Shown piece after piece: positions 44,553-53,216 of a stretch of DNA of 64,000 bases. The DNA lies in the sequence record PP885733.1. One strand, written 5' to 3'. Each line of letters starts with the position of its first letter. Within the stretch, counting starts at the first letter, position 1. The notes below the pieces were generated by a model. The model did not search any database and was not told where the DNA came from. It worked only from the letters and a program-made list of their open reading frames with translations. Position numbers and translations under genes: made by a program.

Positions 44553-45668
44553 ATGAGCGATTTAGTTGAGAAGTTTCTGACCGATGCGAATATCAACAAC
44601 CTGATTCAGTACGTGCTTCACGACTGTCAGGACGCTGGCGATATCTCGAATGTGGATATCGAATTCCAGGAGTGGCGCAATCGTTACAAAGTATCCCTGG
44701 GTCTGTTGAACTGGCACATCTCTGTCGACTTCATGCCTCGTTTCTGGTTATTGCTGGATAAAGGTGTCGAAGGTTGGGAAGAAATCTGCCAGGTAATTGA
44801 AGCAGAAGATGGGTCCATCAAAGAGTTCGTCTCTGTACGTCTGGACGATCTTCCGACCGTGTACGAATCTACCGATCCGTTCTATGAACTGATGGGTGAA
44901 GACTTCACTAACGTTGACCGTAAACTGGAAGGGCTGGTTACTGCATCTGCTGCGACCATTCGTGAGTTGGCTAAAATCATCAACGCTCAAATGGAGCTGG
45001 TTACTCGTAACCGTGATATCGTCAAAGACTTTGATGGTATTCTGACGTTTGATACCGCAACCGGTAAAGACTTCAAACTGTCCCTGTGCTTCGACAAAGT
45101 TCCACCAATCGCTGAAAACAACACGGCGATGATCATGCGTACCCCTATTACTCAGGAAGACGCGGAACTGTATCTGGGCGACATTCATCCGAAGATCGTA
45201 TCTCGTCTGGATCACATCAACAAACTGGTTGAAACCCTGCTGGCCGGTAAAGCTGTTACCAAACATCCTGAGCTGCTGGACTATGCGGCAATGGGTATTG
45301 ATGTAACACTGACCAAAGCGTTCCTGAACCAGATCGTGACCTACATCAGCTTCGGCGGTATCGATGACTGGCGTATGAACGGGGATGATTCTCCGAACAA
45401 CATCGCTTGCTTCAAGATCCTGGATGAAGAAGTAGAGCACATCATCAAAGAGCTGGAAGCTCTGCCGAAACAAGAAGGTGTTGATCTCTACTCTCTGGAT
45501 ATCGATACTCTCACCGCTTTCGGTCGTAACAACGATAACCGTGTTGTGACTCCGGCTGTCCAGGGTTTCACCGAACCTAAACTGCTGTCTCGTTACAGCA
45601 AAGGTTTCGAACGTCTCCTGGGTATCCGTCTGGGAATGAGTGACAACGCTCACTTCTTCCGCGCATAA
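44553..45668 (+). CDS. Hypothetical acidic protein (371 aa)
   Basis: Long ORF with biased codons; no recognised motif. Confidence 0.85.
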   Translation: MSDLVEKFLTDANINNLIQYVLHDCQDAGDISNVDIEFQEWRNRYKVSLGLLNWHISVDFMPRFWLLLDKGVEGWEEICQVIEAEDGSIKEFVSVRLDDLPTVYESTDPFYELMGEDFTNVDRKLEGLVTASAATIRELAKIINAQMELVTRNRDIVKDFDGILTFDTATGKDFKLSLCFDKVPPIAENNTAMIMRTPITQEDAELYLGDIHPKIVSRLDHINKLVETLLAGKAVTKHPELLDYAAMGIDVTLTKAFLNQIVTYISFGGIDDWRMNGDDSPNNIACFKILDEEVEHIIKELEALPKQEGVDLYSLDIDTLTAFGRNNDNRVVTPAVQGFTEPKLLSRYSKGFERLLGIRLGMSDNAHFFRA

Positions 45669-45672
45669 CAGT

Positions 45673-45715
45673 CATAACCCCTACCCCTCCTTTTTGGAGT
45701 GGGTAGGGGAATATG
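45673..45715. repeat. CATA-hairpin-TATG element, copy 3
   Basis: CATAACCCCTACCCCTCC-TTTTT-GGAGTGGGTAGGGGAATATG. Confidence 0.8.
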
Positions 45716-45717
45716 TC

Positions 45718-46497
45718 TTAAAGTTTTTTGCTTTCCTGGACCTGTAACTGCAGTACGCGAGTTAAGTCAGACAGCAGGGCTAACATCTTACCTACGAAGG
45801 TAACGTTGCCCACAAGGCCACTGATTGCGTCATTCAGCAATGTACCGGAGGTCTTGTCGAAGATGATCTCGTTGGCATCCACTTTATCTTTCAGCAGCTT
45901 GACAATATAGAGAACCTGGTCAACTTGTTTAGCCAATAACTCAGCATCACGAGCGCCGATGGTTTTAACCACGGTGTTGAAGTTGGTGCAGATATTGTAG
46001 GCTTCGCCGAAGCTCGGATACATATCCTGAACTGCACGAGTGTAAACACCAGTGTCAGAGATCACAGCAGCATACTGTTCTTTGGTCTCATCGATCATAA
46101 CGTCGTTGTCAGAGTTACGAATAGAGTGAGGAACTTTACCCGAAGTTGCGGCGAGCTTTACAGCACGATAAACAACGTCAGCCTGAGAAGAAACCAACTT
46201 CATAATTGGTATCGTTCTCAGTACCAATGCTACGTAATCTTTAAAGGAGATTTTTGCACCGTTAAAGAAAACTGGAGCCGGGATATGTTTGGATGCTACA
46301 GAAAAATAATCATTCTGGTTCGCCATCTTGTTCCACACATCAATTCCCTGAACTGTGTGGATAGAACTGTTAAAGTTCTTGGCATTGAAGGCGTCAATAC
46401 CCAGACTGACTTCCTTAAAGAAGGATACTAAAGTTTCGCCAAAGGTGAGGGCTTCACTTCCCTGCAATTGGTCGATGGTTTGATCTTGAATAGACAT
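45718..46497 (-). CDS. Putative virion structural protein
   Basis: 259-aa helical ORF with an N-terminal GSE motif; GGAG RBS; divergent from uvsX. Confidence 0.6.
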   Translation of the reverse strand: MSIQDQTIDQLQGSEALTFGETLVSFFKEVSLGIDAFNAKNFNSSIHTVQGIDVWNKMANQNDYFSVASKHIPAPVFFNGAKISFKDYVALVLRTIPIMKLVSSQADVVYRAVKLAATSGKVPHSIRNSDNDVMIDETKEQYAAVISDTGVYTRAVQDMYPSFGEAYNICTNFNTVVKTIGARDAELLAKQVDQVLYIVKLLKDKVDANEIIFDKTSGTLLNDAISGLVGNVTFVGKMLALLSDLTRVLQLQVQESKKL

Positions 46498-46560
46498 GCT
46501 ATGGCAAACTCCATTAGTGTGAATCTGAAACGTTTCATAACATTTACAAAAGGTGATTAG

Positions 46561-48030
46561 ATGTTGACCGCTTTGAACTTCCTGCAGTCTTATGGATCGG
46601 AATCCAACCTCCAGATCGGGCTGAACGTGAACTCCATCTTTGACCTGCTGACAACCAGCATGATCAAAGGTAAAGACGGCGTTTGGTACCAGAACGGCGG
46701 CCTGATGCCAATCAACGCATTAGCCGGTGGTAACAACACCCAAAAGACAGGTCGTACCGTAACAGACGTTGCAGCACTTCTGCATCGCTTCCACAAATCA
46801 ATCATTCTGTACGGCGATACTGAATCCACTCTGGACGTATCTCGTCTGGCAGAGAAAGTGGATGAGCTGTATGGCATCCCTGGTTACTTCGAAGAACACA
46901 TCGAAGACAAACGCTTCATCTACATGCCTAACTCTGCGGGCATGGATGGTACTTACTACCACAACAAAGTCAAAGAGATCTATGTGACTCTGACTGCTCT
47001 GGCTGAGTCGAAAGACAAAGACGAGATCGCTGCGTACAAAGACTTGTTCTTTGATACTCCGTTCTGGTCCAAGAAGCTGGAGAAGTACATCGAAGAACGT
47101 CACCCTATCCTCTTCATCTGTGACTCGGTTTCCGAAGTTAACTTCGACGATCTGATGTTCAAACAGTTCGAAGACGGCGATATCGATGCCGGCGGTAAGA
47201 AGCGTACTCGTGACATGGAAATCGGCAACCTGCGTCGTATCCTGATGTCTGACGTCTGTACTCTGGGACCTCGCGTTGGCGTTCGTTCATACTGGATCGC
47301 TCAGTCTGCTGATGTTATCAACATGGACGGTAAACCAAAAGAGAAAGACTCTACGTTCATCCGTCACAACAAAAAGCTTCAGGCTCCGAAAGCAATCCTG
47401 AAACTTCCTCACATCGGTGTTGAGATCATTAAAGGTTCTGTACTGAAACAGACCGACCACTCTGTTACCTATCCACGCGGTAAAGAGTCAAGCATCTCTA
47501 CTAACGCCAAGTCCAACCCGGAACTGGTTCAATACCTGACTACCGTCTTCCGTAACAAGTCTGGTTCTTCCGGTGGTGACCTGAGTTTCATCGCATCTCA
47601 GGAACTGGGTATTCTGCCTTACCTGTCCATGTATGACATTCTGAAAGAGAACAAGTACTTCGGCCTGGACGGTTCTGCAGTTCGTCACACCTGTTCACTG
47701 ATGCCTGAGCAGACCATCATGCGCACTACGGTGCGTGACCTGCTGGAAGGCGAGGACGCCAATCCTAAATTGCAGCGTGCAATTGAGTTGTGTTTCCATT
47801 ACTGGTATCAGACCACCTTCTGGGATAACTTCCCTGAAAACTGGAAGATGACCCCTGGTGAGTTGTACCAGAAAGGTATCGATGTCGGTCTGGACTGGAA
47901 CGACGTTCTGGAAAATACCGTTTACTTCTGGTGTACCAACCCAGAGATCAAAAAGACCAAACATACACTGACCATTTTCGAGTTGATGGAAATCCTCGTT
48001 AATGGCAAGAAACCTTACTGGAAAAAATAA
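46561..48030 (+). CDS. uvsX: UvsX/RecA-like recombinase
   Basis: Walker A-like GGNNTQKT, YGDTES and Walker B FICDS; position next to the RNAP beta fragment as in phiKZ-like phages. Confidence 0.75.
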   Translation: MLTALNFLQSYGSESNLQIGLNVNSIFDLLTTSMIKGKDGVWYQNGGLMPINALAGGNNTQKTGRTVTDVAALLHRFHKSIILYGDTESTLDVSRLAEKVDELYGIPGYFEEHIEDKRFIYMPNSAGMDGTYYHNKVKEIYVTLTALAESKDKDEIAAYKDLFFDTPFWSKKLEKYIEERHPILFICDSVSEVNFDDLMFKQFEDGDIDAGGKKRTRDMEIGNLRRILMSDVCTLGPRVGVRSYWIAQSADVINMDGKPKEKDSTFIRHNKKLQAPKAILKLPHIGVEIIKGSVLKQTDHSVTYPRGKESSISTNAKSNPELVQYLTTVFRNKSGSSGGDLSFIASQELGILPYLSMYDILKENKYFGLDGSAVRHTCSLMPEQTIMRTTVRDLLEGEDANPKLQRAIELCFHYWYQTTFWDNFPENWKMTPGELYQKGIDVGLDWNDVLENTVYFWCTNPEIKKTKHTLTIFELMEILVNGKKPYWKK

Positions 48031-48031
48031 A

Positions 48032-48397
48032 ATGACAGACTTTAGTTATGATTACTCGGTACTGGTTGTAGTCGAACCAGAATTCCTGGCAAAGAGCAAG
48101 GATGCTGATGCGTATGTTGAGAAACTGAACAAGTTCCTCACCACTCGTGCTGGTGATTCTCGTTTCCGTAATGTGTCGGTAACCGGTAACTATGGTATCC
48201 CAGGTTGTGAGCATCTGGAAGTTGATGATCGTAACAAAACTTCCTTTATCAAGTCTCTCGATGATCATTTGACTCAGTTCGATGAAATTGTGGTCATCAC
48301 CAACTTCGAGAAGGAACCGTACATCGATGCACTGAGCAATCGTGTTAGCGAACTCTCGAAGTCACTTACCATCTACGGGTATGAGACACGTGTATGA
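48032..48397 (+). CDS. Hypothetical protein
   Basis: ATG at 48032 (MTDFSYDY). Confidence 0.7.
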   Translation: MTDFSYDYSVLVVVEPEFLAKSKDADAYVEKLNKFLTTRAGDSRFRNVSVTGNYGIPGCEHLEVDDRNKTSFIKSLDDHLTQFDEIVVITNFEKEPYIDALSNRVSELSKSLTIYGYETRV

Positions 48398-49071
48398 AAA
48401 ACAGAAAAGAGATCGAAGCCGATATCCTGTTCTTAGCCGAAAGGTTTACTCAGGGTAAAGGCAACGTCGAACTCTATACTGAACTGTTTGGGCGTTTAGA
48501 AGACGCCCAGTTTAAAGAGTTCTGGAACAAGATCTGTGACTCTGGGTTCATTCCAATGTTCGTTGATAACTTCAATATGAAAGAAGCGATCAACTACGAC
48601 CACATGGTTAAAGTGGCCAAAGAACTGGATATCCCTCTGGAACAGCAACTGATCATTACTGACCCTGATACTGGTCTTGAGCACACCACTCCAGAAACTT
48701 GTCTGGTGGGTATTGCTGAGATTCGTAAACAGCGTCAGTTACAGACCAAGAAGTTTGGTGCTGCCAAACATGACCATGAAACTGAAGACCTTACTGGTCA
48801 GCCTACTGGTGCTTCTAAAGCCGGTGGTATCTCTAACCCAGAGATTCAGGTTCTGTTATCACTTGGTCTACCGACATTGGCAAAAGAGCTTGCTGACGTT
48901 CGTGGTGGTGATGCTGGCGCATATCGTGCCTATAAGAGTGACATCCTGACTTCTGGCCAGGCTACAACTCAGTCTGCGTTACAACGTGGTACTGGTGTTA
49001 AGTCGCTCCAAACAGCTCACTACCTGCTGCGCGGTCAGCACCTCGATAACGATCTGAATTCGCGGGTATAA
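48394..49071 (+). CDS. Virion RNA polymerase beta subunit, C-terminal fragment (phiKZ gp149-like)
   Basis: LTGQPTGASKAGGISNPEIQVLLSLGLPTLAKELADVRGGD parallels the bacterial beta C-terminus (QQP.GG....GGQRFGEMEVWAL...EML..KSDD). Confidence 0.8.
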   Translation: MKNRKEIEADILFLAERFTQGKGNVELYTELFGRLEDAQFKEFWNKICDSGFIPMFVDNFNMKEAINYDHMVKVAKELDIPLEQQLIITDPDTGLEHTTPETCLVGIAEIRKQRQLQTKKFGAAKHDHETEDLTGQPTGASKAGGISNPEIQVLLSLGLPTLAKELADVRGGDAGAYRAYKSDILTSGQATTQSALQRGTGVKSLQTAHYLLRGQHLDNDLNSRV

Positions 49072-49526
49072 TGGAACAAGATCTGAACGCAAGTCTCATC
49101 GGGTTGATTACAGCAGAGATGGAAACTGAGATCCTCATTAACGAGGACTCTTCCAACTTCTGGGCTAATACTCGTGAGATTATCTTCGAGACGGCACTGA
49201 CTTCATTCCGTGAGTCTCTGGGTAGCATGTCTGAGATTATCGGTAAGGATAAAGAGGCGTACAACTATTTCAGTTCAATGGTTGCACGTGTCATGTCCTT
49301 CCCGTTCGCCAGACCAGCTTTGAAAGCTTTCGTTGAAGGCTTCGACTTGACCATCACTGATCCTGTTATGGGTGACGGTTATAACTACAAAGCGAGTGAG
49401 CTGTCCCCTGTTGGTCAGCTGATGCTATTCATCAGTGTCAACCGTAACCTCATCACTTTAGCAATGTTCGCTAAAGAGCAAGCTGATGCAAAAGCTGCTG
49501 CCGAAGCAAAAGGTAAGAAGAAATGA
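49071..49526 (+). CDS. Hypothetical protein
   Basis: Translationally coupled ORF. Confidence 0.75.
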   Translation: MEQDLNASLIGLITAEMETEILINEDSSNFWANTREIIFETALTSFRESLGSMSEIIGKDKEAYNYFSSMVARVMSFPFARPALKAFVEGFDLTITDPVMGDGYNYKASELSPVGQLMLFISVNRNLITLAMFAKEQADAKAAAEAKGKKK

Positions 49527-50248
49527 TTGAAATCTATACAGAGATGGGATCTCTGTTTGATGAACGTCGTGGGATCATTACCAAGGTAGCACGTGAAGCG
49601 GGTAATACCCGATTTGAGTGGGGAAGGAACTTCGCTCAAATCTATCAGCGTCGTCGAATGGATATCTTTAACCAACCTGAGCTGGGTATCACTCAGGAAG
49701 CTTACGAAGCCCGTTATGAGAAAAGGAGTTTGGCGGATTTCGAAGATGAGAAGGAAGTGTATTTCCTACCGACCAACTTGATTTACAACATGTTCCGTCT
49801 CGTTCGTGAGCTGGAGTTCGGTGTAGGTCAGATGATCTCGGCTGCTAGTTTCAATGTCACGGTTAACCTGTGGCCTTATCAACTGACTCAGTCTCAAGCT
49901 GATGAGTTAGCTTCGGTAATGAAAGGAGCGGTGAAATTTAACTATACACTATCCTTTGTATTTATTGAACCTGAAGAGTTAACTCCTAAGGTCCTTCACA
50001 AATTTGGCTACGTGTTTAAGTATGACATGTTGCTATCCCCACGGATGAAGAACTACTGGGAAAACTATATCAAAGCGCCTGACTCAGGTACTAAGTTTAT
50101 AGTCCCCAGCATTCTGACATCGCGGGAACTACCTGAAGAGATGAGACGCGAAGAGCCGATCGATCTTATCACAAAGATGAACTTTACCCAGGGCGGTAAA
50201 ATTACCTTGGTACCCGTAAACAAAACCATATTCGATTATAAAGAATAA
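49523..50248 (+). CDS. Hypothetical protein (core block)
   Basis: 241 aa, ATGA overlap. Confidence 0.75.
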   Translation: MIEIYTEMGSLFDERRGIITKVAREAGNTRFEWGRNFAQIYQRRRMDIFNQPELGITQEAYEARYEKRSLADFEDEKEVYFLPTNLIYNMFRLVRELEFGVGQMISAASFNVTVNLWPYQLTQSQADELASVMKGAVKFNYTLSFVFIEPEELTPKVLHKFGYVFKYDMLLSPRMKNYWENYIKAPDSGTKFIVPSILTSRELPEEMRREEPIDLITKMNFTQGGKITLVPVNKTIFDYKE

Positions 50249-50254
50249 GGTCAC

Positions 50255-50283
50255 CCCTAGAGACCCCGCAAGGGTCTCTAGGG
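50255..50283. terminator. Bidirectional terminator
   Basis: CCCTAGAGACCC-CGCAA-GGGTCTCTAGGG between convergent genes. Confidence 0.75.
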
Positions 50284-50300
50284 ATGTTTTACCTTATGTG

Positions 50301-50921
50301 TTACATGTCTGGATCAAATTCTTCATCACGACCTTCATCATCCACACGGATAACTGGTTCGTCATCAATCTCAAACGTTTGCTCGATTTCTTTCGCATCG
50401 AGAATCTGGTGACCTTGGTAAAGTTCTTCGCCTTTGATCTCCATTGAGTAATCACCGTTAGGTTGAATAATCGGAGCCAGTGGATCGAGAACGATAGCCA
50501 TGCTACCATAGTTAGGGATCTCCAGACGACCAGAAGCGACTTCGTTCAGAGCGTTAACAAACGTTGCAAAGTTCGCACGGTTGTCTTCCAATTCTCTGTC
50601 CTTAGCACGTTCTTTACGATCATCACGAGCAGACTTCTCAGTCTGAGCCAGGATGGTGTTAATGGAGTCCAGAAGTTTTGAGTTACCCGGTTTGGCGATA
50701 TATGCTTGGGTTGCGATATCCAGTACAAGAGTACGGTGCAACTGAACCAGGGAGAAGAGTTTATCTTCATTCTCTTTGTTACGTTCGCCATGAAGGACTG
50801 CGCGGATATTTTTAATCAGCTCGTCTTTGTCCTTCTCGGTCTGCAGTTTCCCTTCAGCTTCGAAGTGGACTGGTCCTGCATCATCGTCATTGTAATCTGC
50901 GTATGACATATACTGCTCCAA
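50301..50921 (-). CDS. Hypothetical acidic/coiled-coil protein
   Basis: 206-aa ORF. Confidence 0.75.
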   Translation of the reverse strand: MEQYMSYADYNDDDAGPVHFEAEGKLQTEKDKDELIKNIRAVLHGERNKENEDKLFSLVQLHRTLVLDIATQAYIAKPGNSKLLDSINTILAQTEKSARDDRKERAKDRELEDNRANFATFVNALNEVASGRLEIPNYGSMAIVLDPLAPIIQPNGDYSMEIKGEELYQGHQILDAKEIEQTFEIDDEPVIRVDDEGRDEEFDPDM

Positions 50922-50940
50922 TAATTAGTTAACTAAACTA

Positions 50941-50964
50941 TTTCAGACAAATATTATCAAAGTA
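50941..50964 (+). promoter_or_regulatory. Early-type promoter
   Basis: TTTCAGACAA-ATATTATC-AAAG-TA. Confidence 0.6.
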
Positions 50965-51022
50965 GATATCTATAGAAATCTGTTTTAATAATCTTTATTA
51001 TGAAACAGTTAAGGGTGATATA

Positions 51023-51577
51023 ATGTTCTTCGACAAACTTTTGAATAAGATCCCATTCTTCCGTAAACGGAAAATCAACAAGATTCGCAAAGAGCTTGTC
51101 GAGATCAGAAATGATTTCGCAGACGGGTTCTTCAATGATAAATATATCATTAGTCTTCACAATATCCTAAATAGTGCGCTGGTGAGCTTCTCAGGCGATT
51201 TAGTCAACGACTCACTAAACAGGATAACGATGTATACAAAGACCTCTATGAACGCTCTGAAGCTCATAGAAAAGGGTGATTTCAAGAAGAGTGTGCTGGA
51301 GCGAAGTAAGCTGCTGAACATGAAAGCGGAAGAAGGTTACTTCTCAGAATGGTACTCTCATGAAGAATCAGTAATCGAATTAATATCAGTAATGGAGCGT
51401 GTACTACAGATCAACGTTTGCCAAATAAAGAACCTTGATGTCCACGGCCATGAGTTAATAGGCCAATACGTCAGCGAGAAAGATCTTGAATTGATCGAAT
51501 CGCTATTGTATAGATTACTCCTCGAAGATGTAGTCAATCTAACCATATTCTATTTAGAGAGCAAATATGACCGATAA
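51023..51577 (+). CDS. Hypothetical protein
   Basis: 184 aa, AT-richer than its flanks. Confidence 0.75.
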   Translation: MFFDKLLNKIPFFRKRKINKIRKELVEIRNDFADGFFNDKYIISLHNILNSALVSFSGDLVNDSLNRITMYTKTSMNALKLIEKGDFKKSVLERSKLLNMKAEEGYFSEWYSHEESVIELISVMERVLQINVCQIKNLDVHGHELIGQYVSEKDLELIESLLYRLLLEDVVNLTIFYLESKYDR

Positions 51578-51980
51578 AAATAAACAGCAGTTAACGTTCG
51601 GGAAGAACAAGAACTTTGTTCCCTATGAACAGTTAACTGATGTACCCAGTCGTCTTTTCAGGAAGATCACTGAGGTACTGGGCATAAATCAAGCAAAGTG
51701 GAAAACGTTTCTGGATGACTATCTTCGTTGGCAACATCCTGACGATAGCGCTCCAGCGGCAGAAGTTAAGAGAGCAAGAAGTACTGCGTTAGGCAACATC
51801 CAATCCACGCTCTTTTGTAGTAAGAGTCTGAGTTGGAACAAACTCCTTATGGGCATGAAGATCGCTCGAATCACTAGTGTCAAGCTCACCTTAGAGTTTG
51901 AAACAGAATCTGGTGAGAAGCATGTCATTGAGGAAAGAACGTTGCTGAGGAAAGTCCAGCGCGAATCTGAACAAGACTGA
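51567..51980 (+). CDS. Hypothetical protein
   Basis: 137 aa, overlaps the upstream stop. Confidence 0.75.
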   Translation: MTDKNKQQLTFGKNKNFVPYEQLTDVPSRLFRKITEVLGINQAKWKTFLDDYLRWQHPDDSAPAAEVKRARSTALGNIQSTLFCSKSLSWNKLLMGMKIARITSVKLTLEFETESGEKHVIEERTLLRKVQRESEQD

Positions 51981-51984
51981 CAGT

Positions 51985-52010
51985 GTTACTCTACCTTCGG
52001 GTAGAGTAAC
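51985..52010 (+). terminator. Terminator (UUCG loop)
   Basis: GTTACTCTACC-TTCG-GGTAGAGTAAC. Confidence 0.8.
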
Positions 52011-52045
52011 CTTTCCTATTCCATTTATTTTTTTTTAGGATTCAC

Positions 52046-53161
52046 ATGACCTTACTTCAGAAGTCAAGTATCTTCGAAGGTGTGGACTTAGGTAACACCT
52101 TGCAGAAAGCTAGCCAGGCTATGGGTGAAACCGTATCTGGATTAACCACACAACTTGTCAACCCGTTCAAAGCCATTACTGAATCTATCAAAGGTGGTGT
52201 CGCTACCATCAGTGAAGGACAGTCGGTATTGATGAACAACCTGAACACCTATAAGTCAGCAGCCATCGAAGGTATCGATGTGGGACTGAAGAACTTAACA
52301 GGCGGGTTGTTTAACATCGGTGACATTGGTTCCGTTCTGACGTATCAGGATGGATTCAAAGTTGACACTGATGAGCTACTCCGTATCGGCAGTAAAGGGT
52401 TGGGCTTTAACGTCTACTCGATGTCTAACCTGAAAGATCAGATTGGTCAGGGATTCCTTGATGAACTGGATGCCATGACGGGTGGGCTGTCCAGTGGTCT
52501 GTTCTATGCCGACGGTACTCGCTTGCGTATCAACGACGATTGGAAGTTCCAGATGGGTACTTCTATTATCGACTTCATCGGTAAAGATGATGAACGCTTC
52601 GGTAGTATCGTTAACATCGCTGGCATGAACTCTATCTTGAATACCATGCTGAACGAAACAGTTCGCTACGGCATGTATGACGGGTATAAGACTTATGGTG
52701 ATCAGTACATCTTCCAGTCCGACTATCATGACGCTTTAATCAACTCCATGTCTATCGCTATCTCTAATGGTGATGCTGAGTCAGTTAAAGTGATCTTGGA
52801 TATCATCAATAAAGAAGGTGCTCACAAAGTCAACTCTAAATACCCGGAACTGATTGAGCAACTGCTGGGTAACTTCCGTCTCTCTGATAAAGAAGACGCG
52901 AGTGACTACCTTCGTATCCAACAAGCTATCCTGGCTGTCTGTACGACGCTGAAAGGACCTGACTGGTACAAGACCCCCACTCATATGGGTTACTGCACCA
53001 ACATGGCTCTGGTTAGCCAGATTAGCGATGATGCTAAGACCGTACTGTACGGCGTGGAGGAACTGATTCCTTTACTGTGTGCTTCTGGTATCTTTGCAGA
53101 CCAACCTGCTGTTGATACGTTCCAATTGGATTTCCCTAAATCCATTCGCTTCGAGAACTAA
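52046..53161 (+). CDS. Putative virion structural protein
   Basis: 371 aa adjacent to the tail module; AGGA RBS. Confidence 0.65.
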   Translation: MTLLQKSSIFEGVDLGNTLQKASQAMGETVSGLTTQLVNPFKAITESIKGGVATISEGQSVLMNNLNTYKSAAIEGIDVGLKNLTGGLFNIGDIGSVLTYQDGFKVDTDELLRIGSKGLGFNVYSMSNLKDQIGQGFLDELDAMTGGLSSGLFYADGTRLRINDDWKFQMGTSIIDFIGKDDERFGSIVNIAGMNSILNTMLNETVRYGMYDGYKTYGDQYIFQSDYHDALINSMSIAISNGDAESVKVILDIINKEGAHKVNSKYPELIEQLLGNFRLSDKEDASDYLRIQQAILAVCTTLKGPDWYKTPTHMGYCTNMALVSQISDDAKTVLYGVEELIPLLCASGIFADQPAVDTFQLDFPKSIRFEN

Positions 53162-53162
53162 A

Positions 53163-53203
53163 CATAACCCCTACCCCTCCGCAAGGAAGGGTAGGGGAAT
53201 ATG
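53163..53203. repeat. CATA-hairpin-TATG element, copy 4
   Basis: CATAACCCCTACCCCTCC-GCAA-GGAAGGGTAGGGGAATATG. Confidence 0.8.
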
Positions 53204-53216
53204 CTGTTTATTTCTT

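Noticed and set aside
46717-46750. Non-canonical Walker A (GGNNTQKT) in UvsX
   Set aside because: Loss of the second Gly is already known in UvsX proteins (T4 UvsX has F at this position), so it does not show inactivity or novelty.
24834-48268. Long minus-strand ORFs opposite thyA, DHFR, groEL, 44553 and uvsX (for example 24834-25625, 29027-29740, 44748-45653)
   Set aside because: Same shadow effect; the opposite strand carries recognisable genes.
21701-53203. Repeated palindromes considered as CRISPR repeats
   Set aside because: Copies are kilobases apart, with no spacer array and no cas genes.
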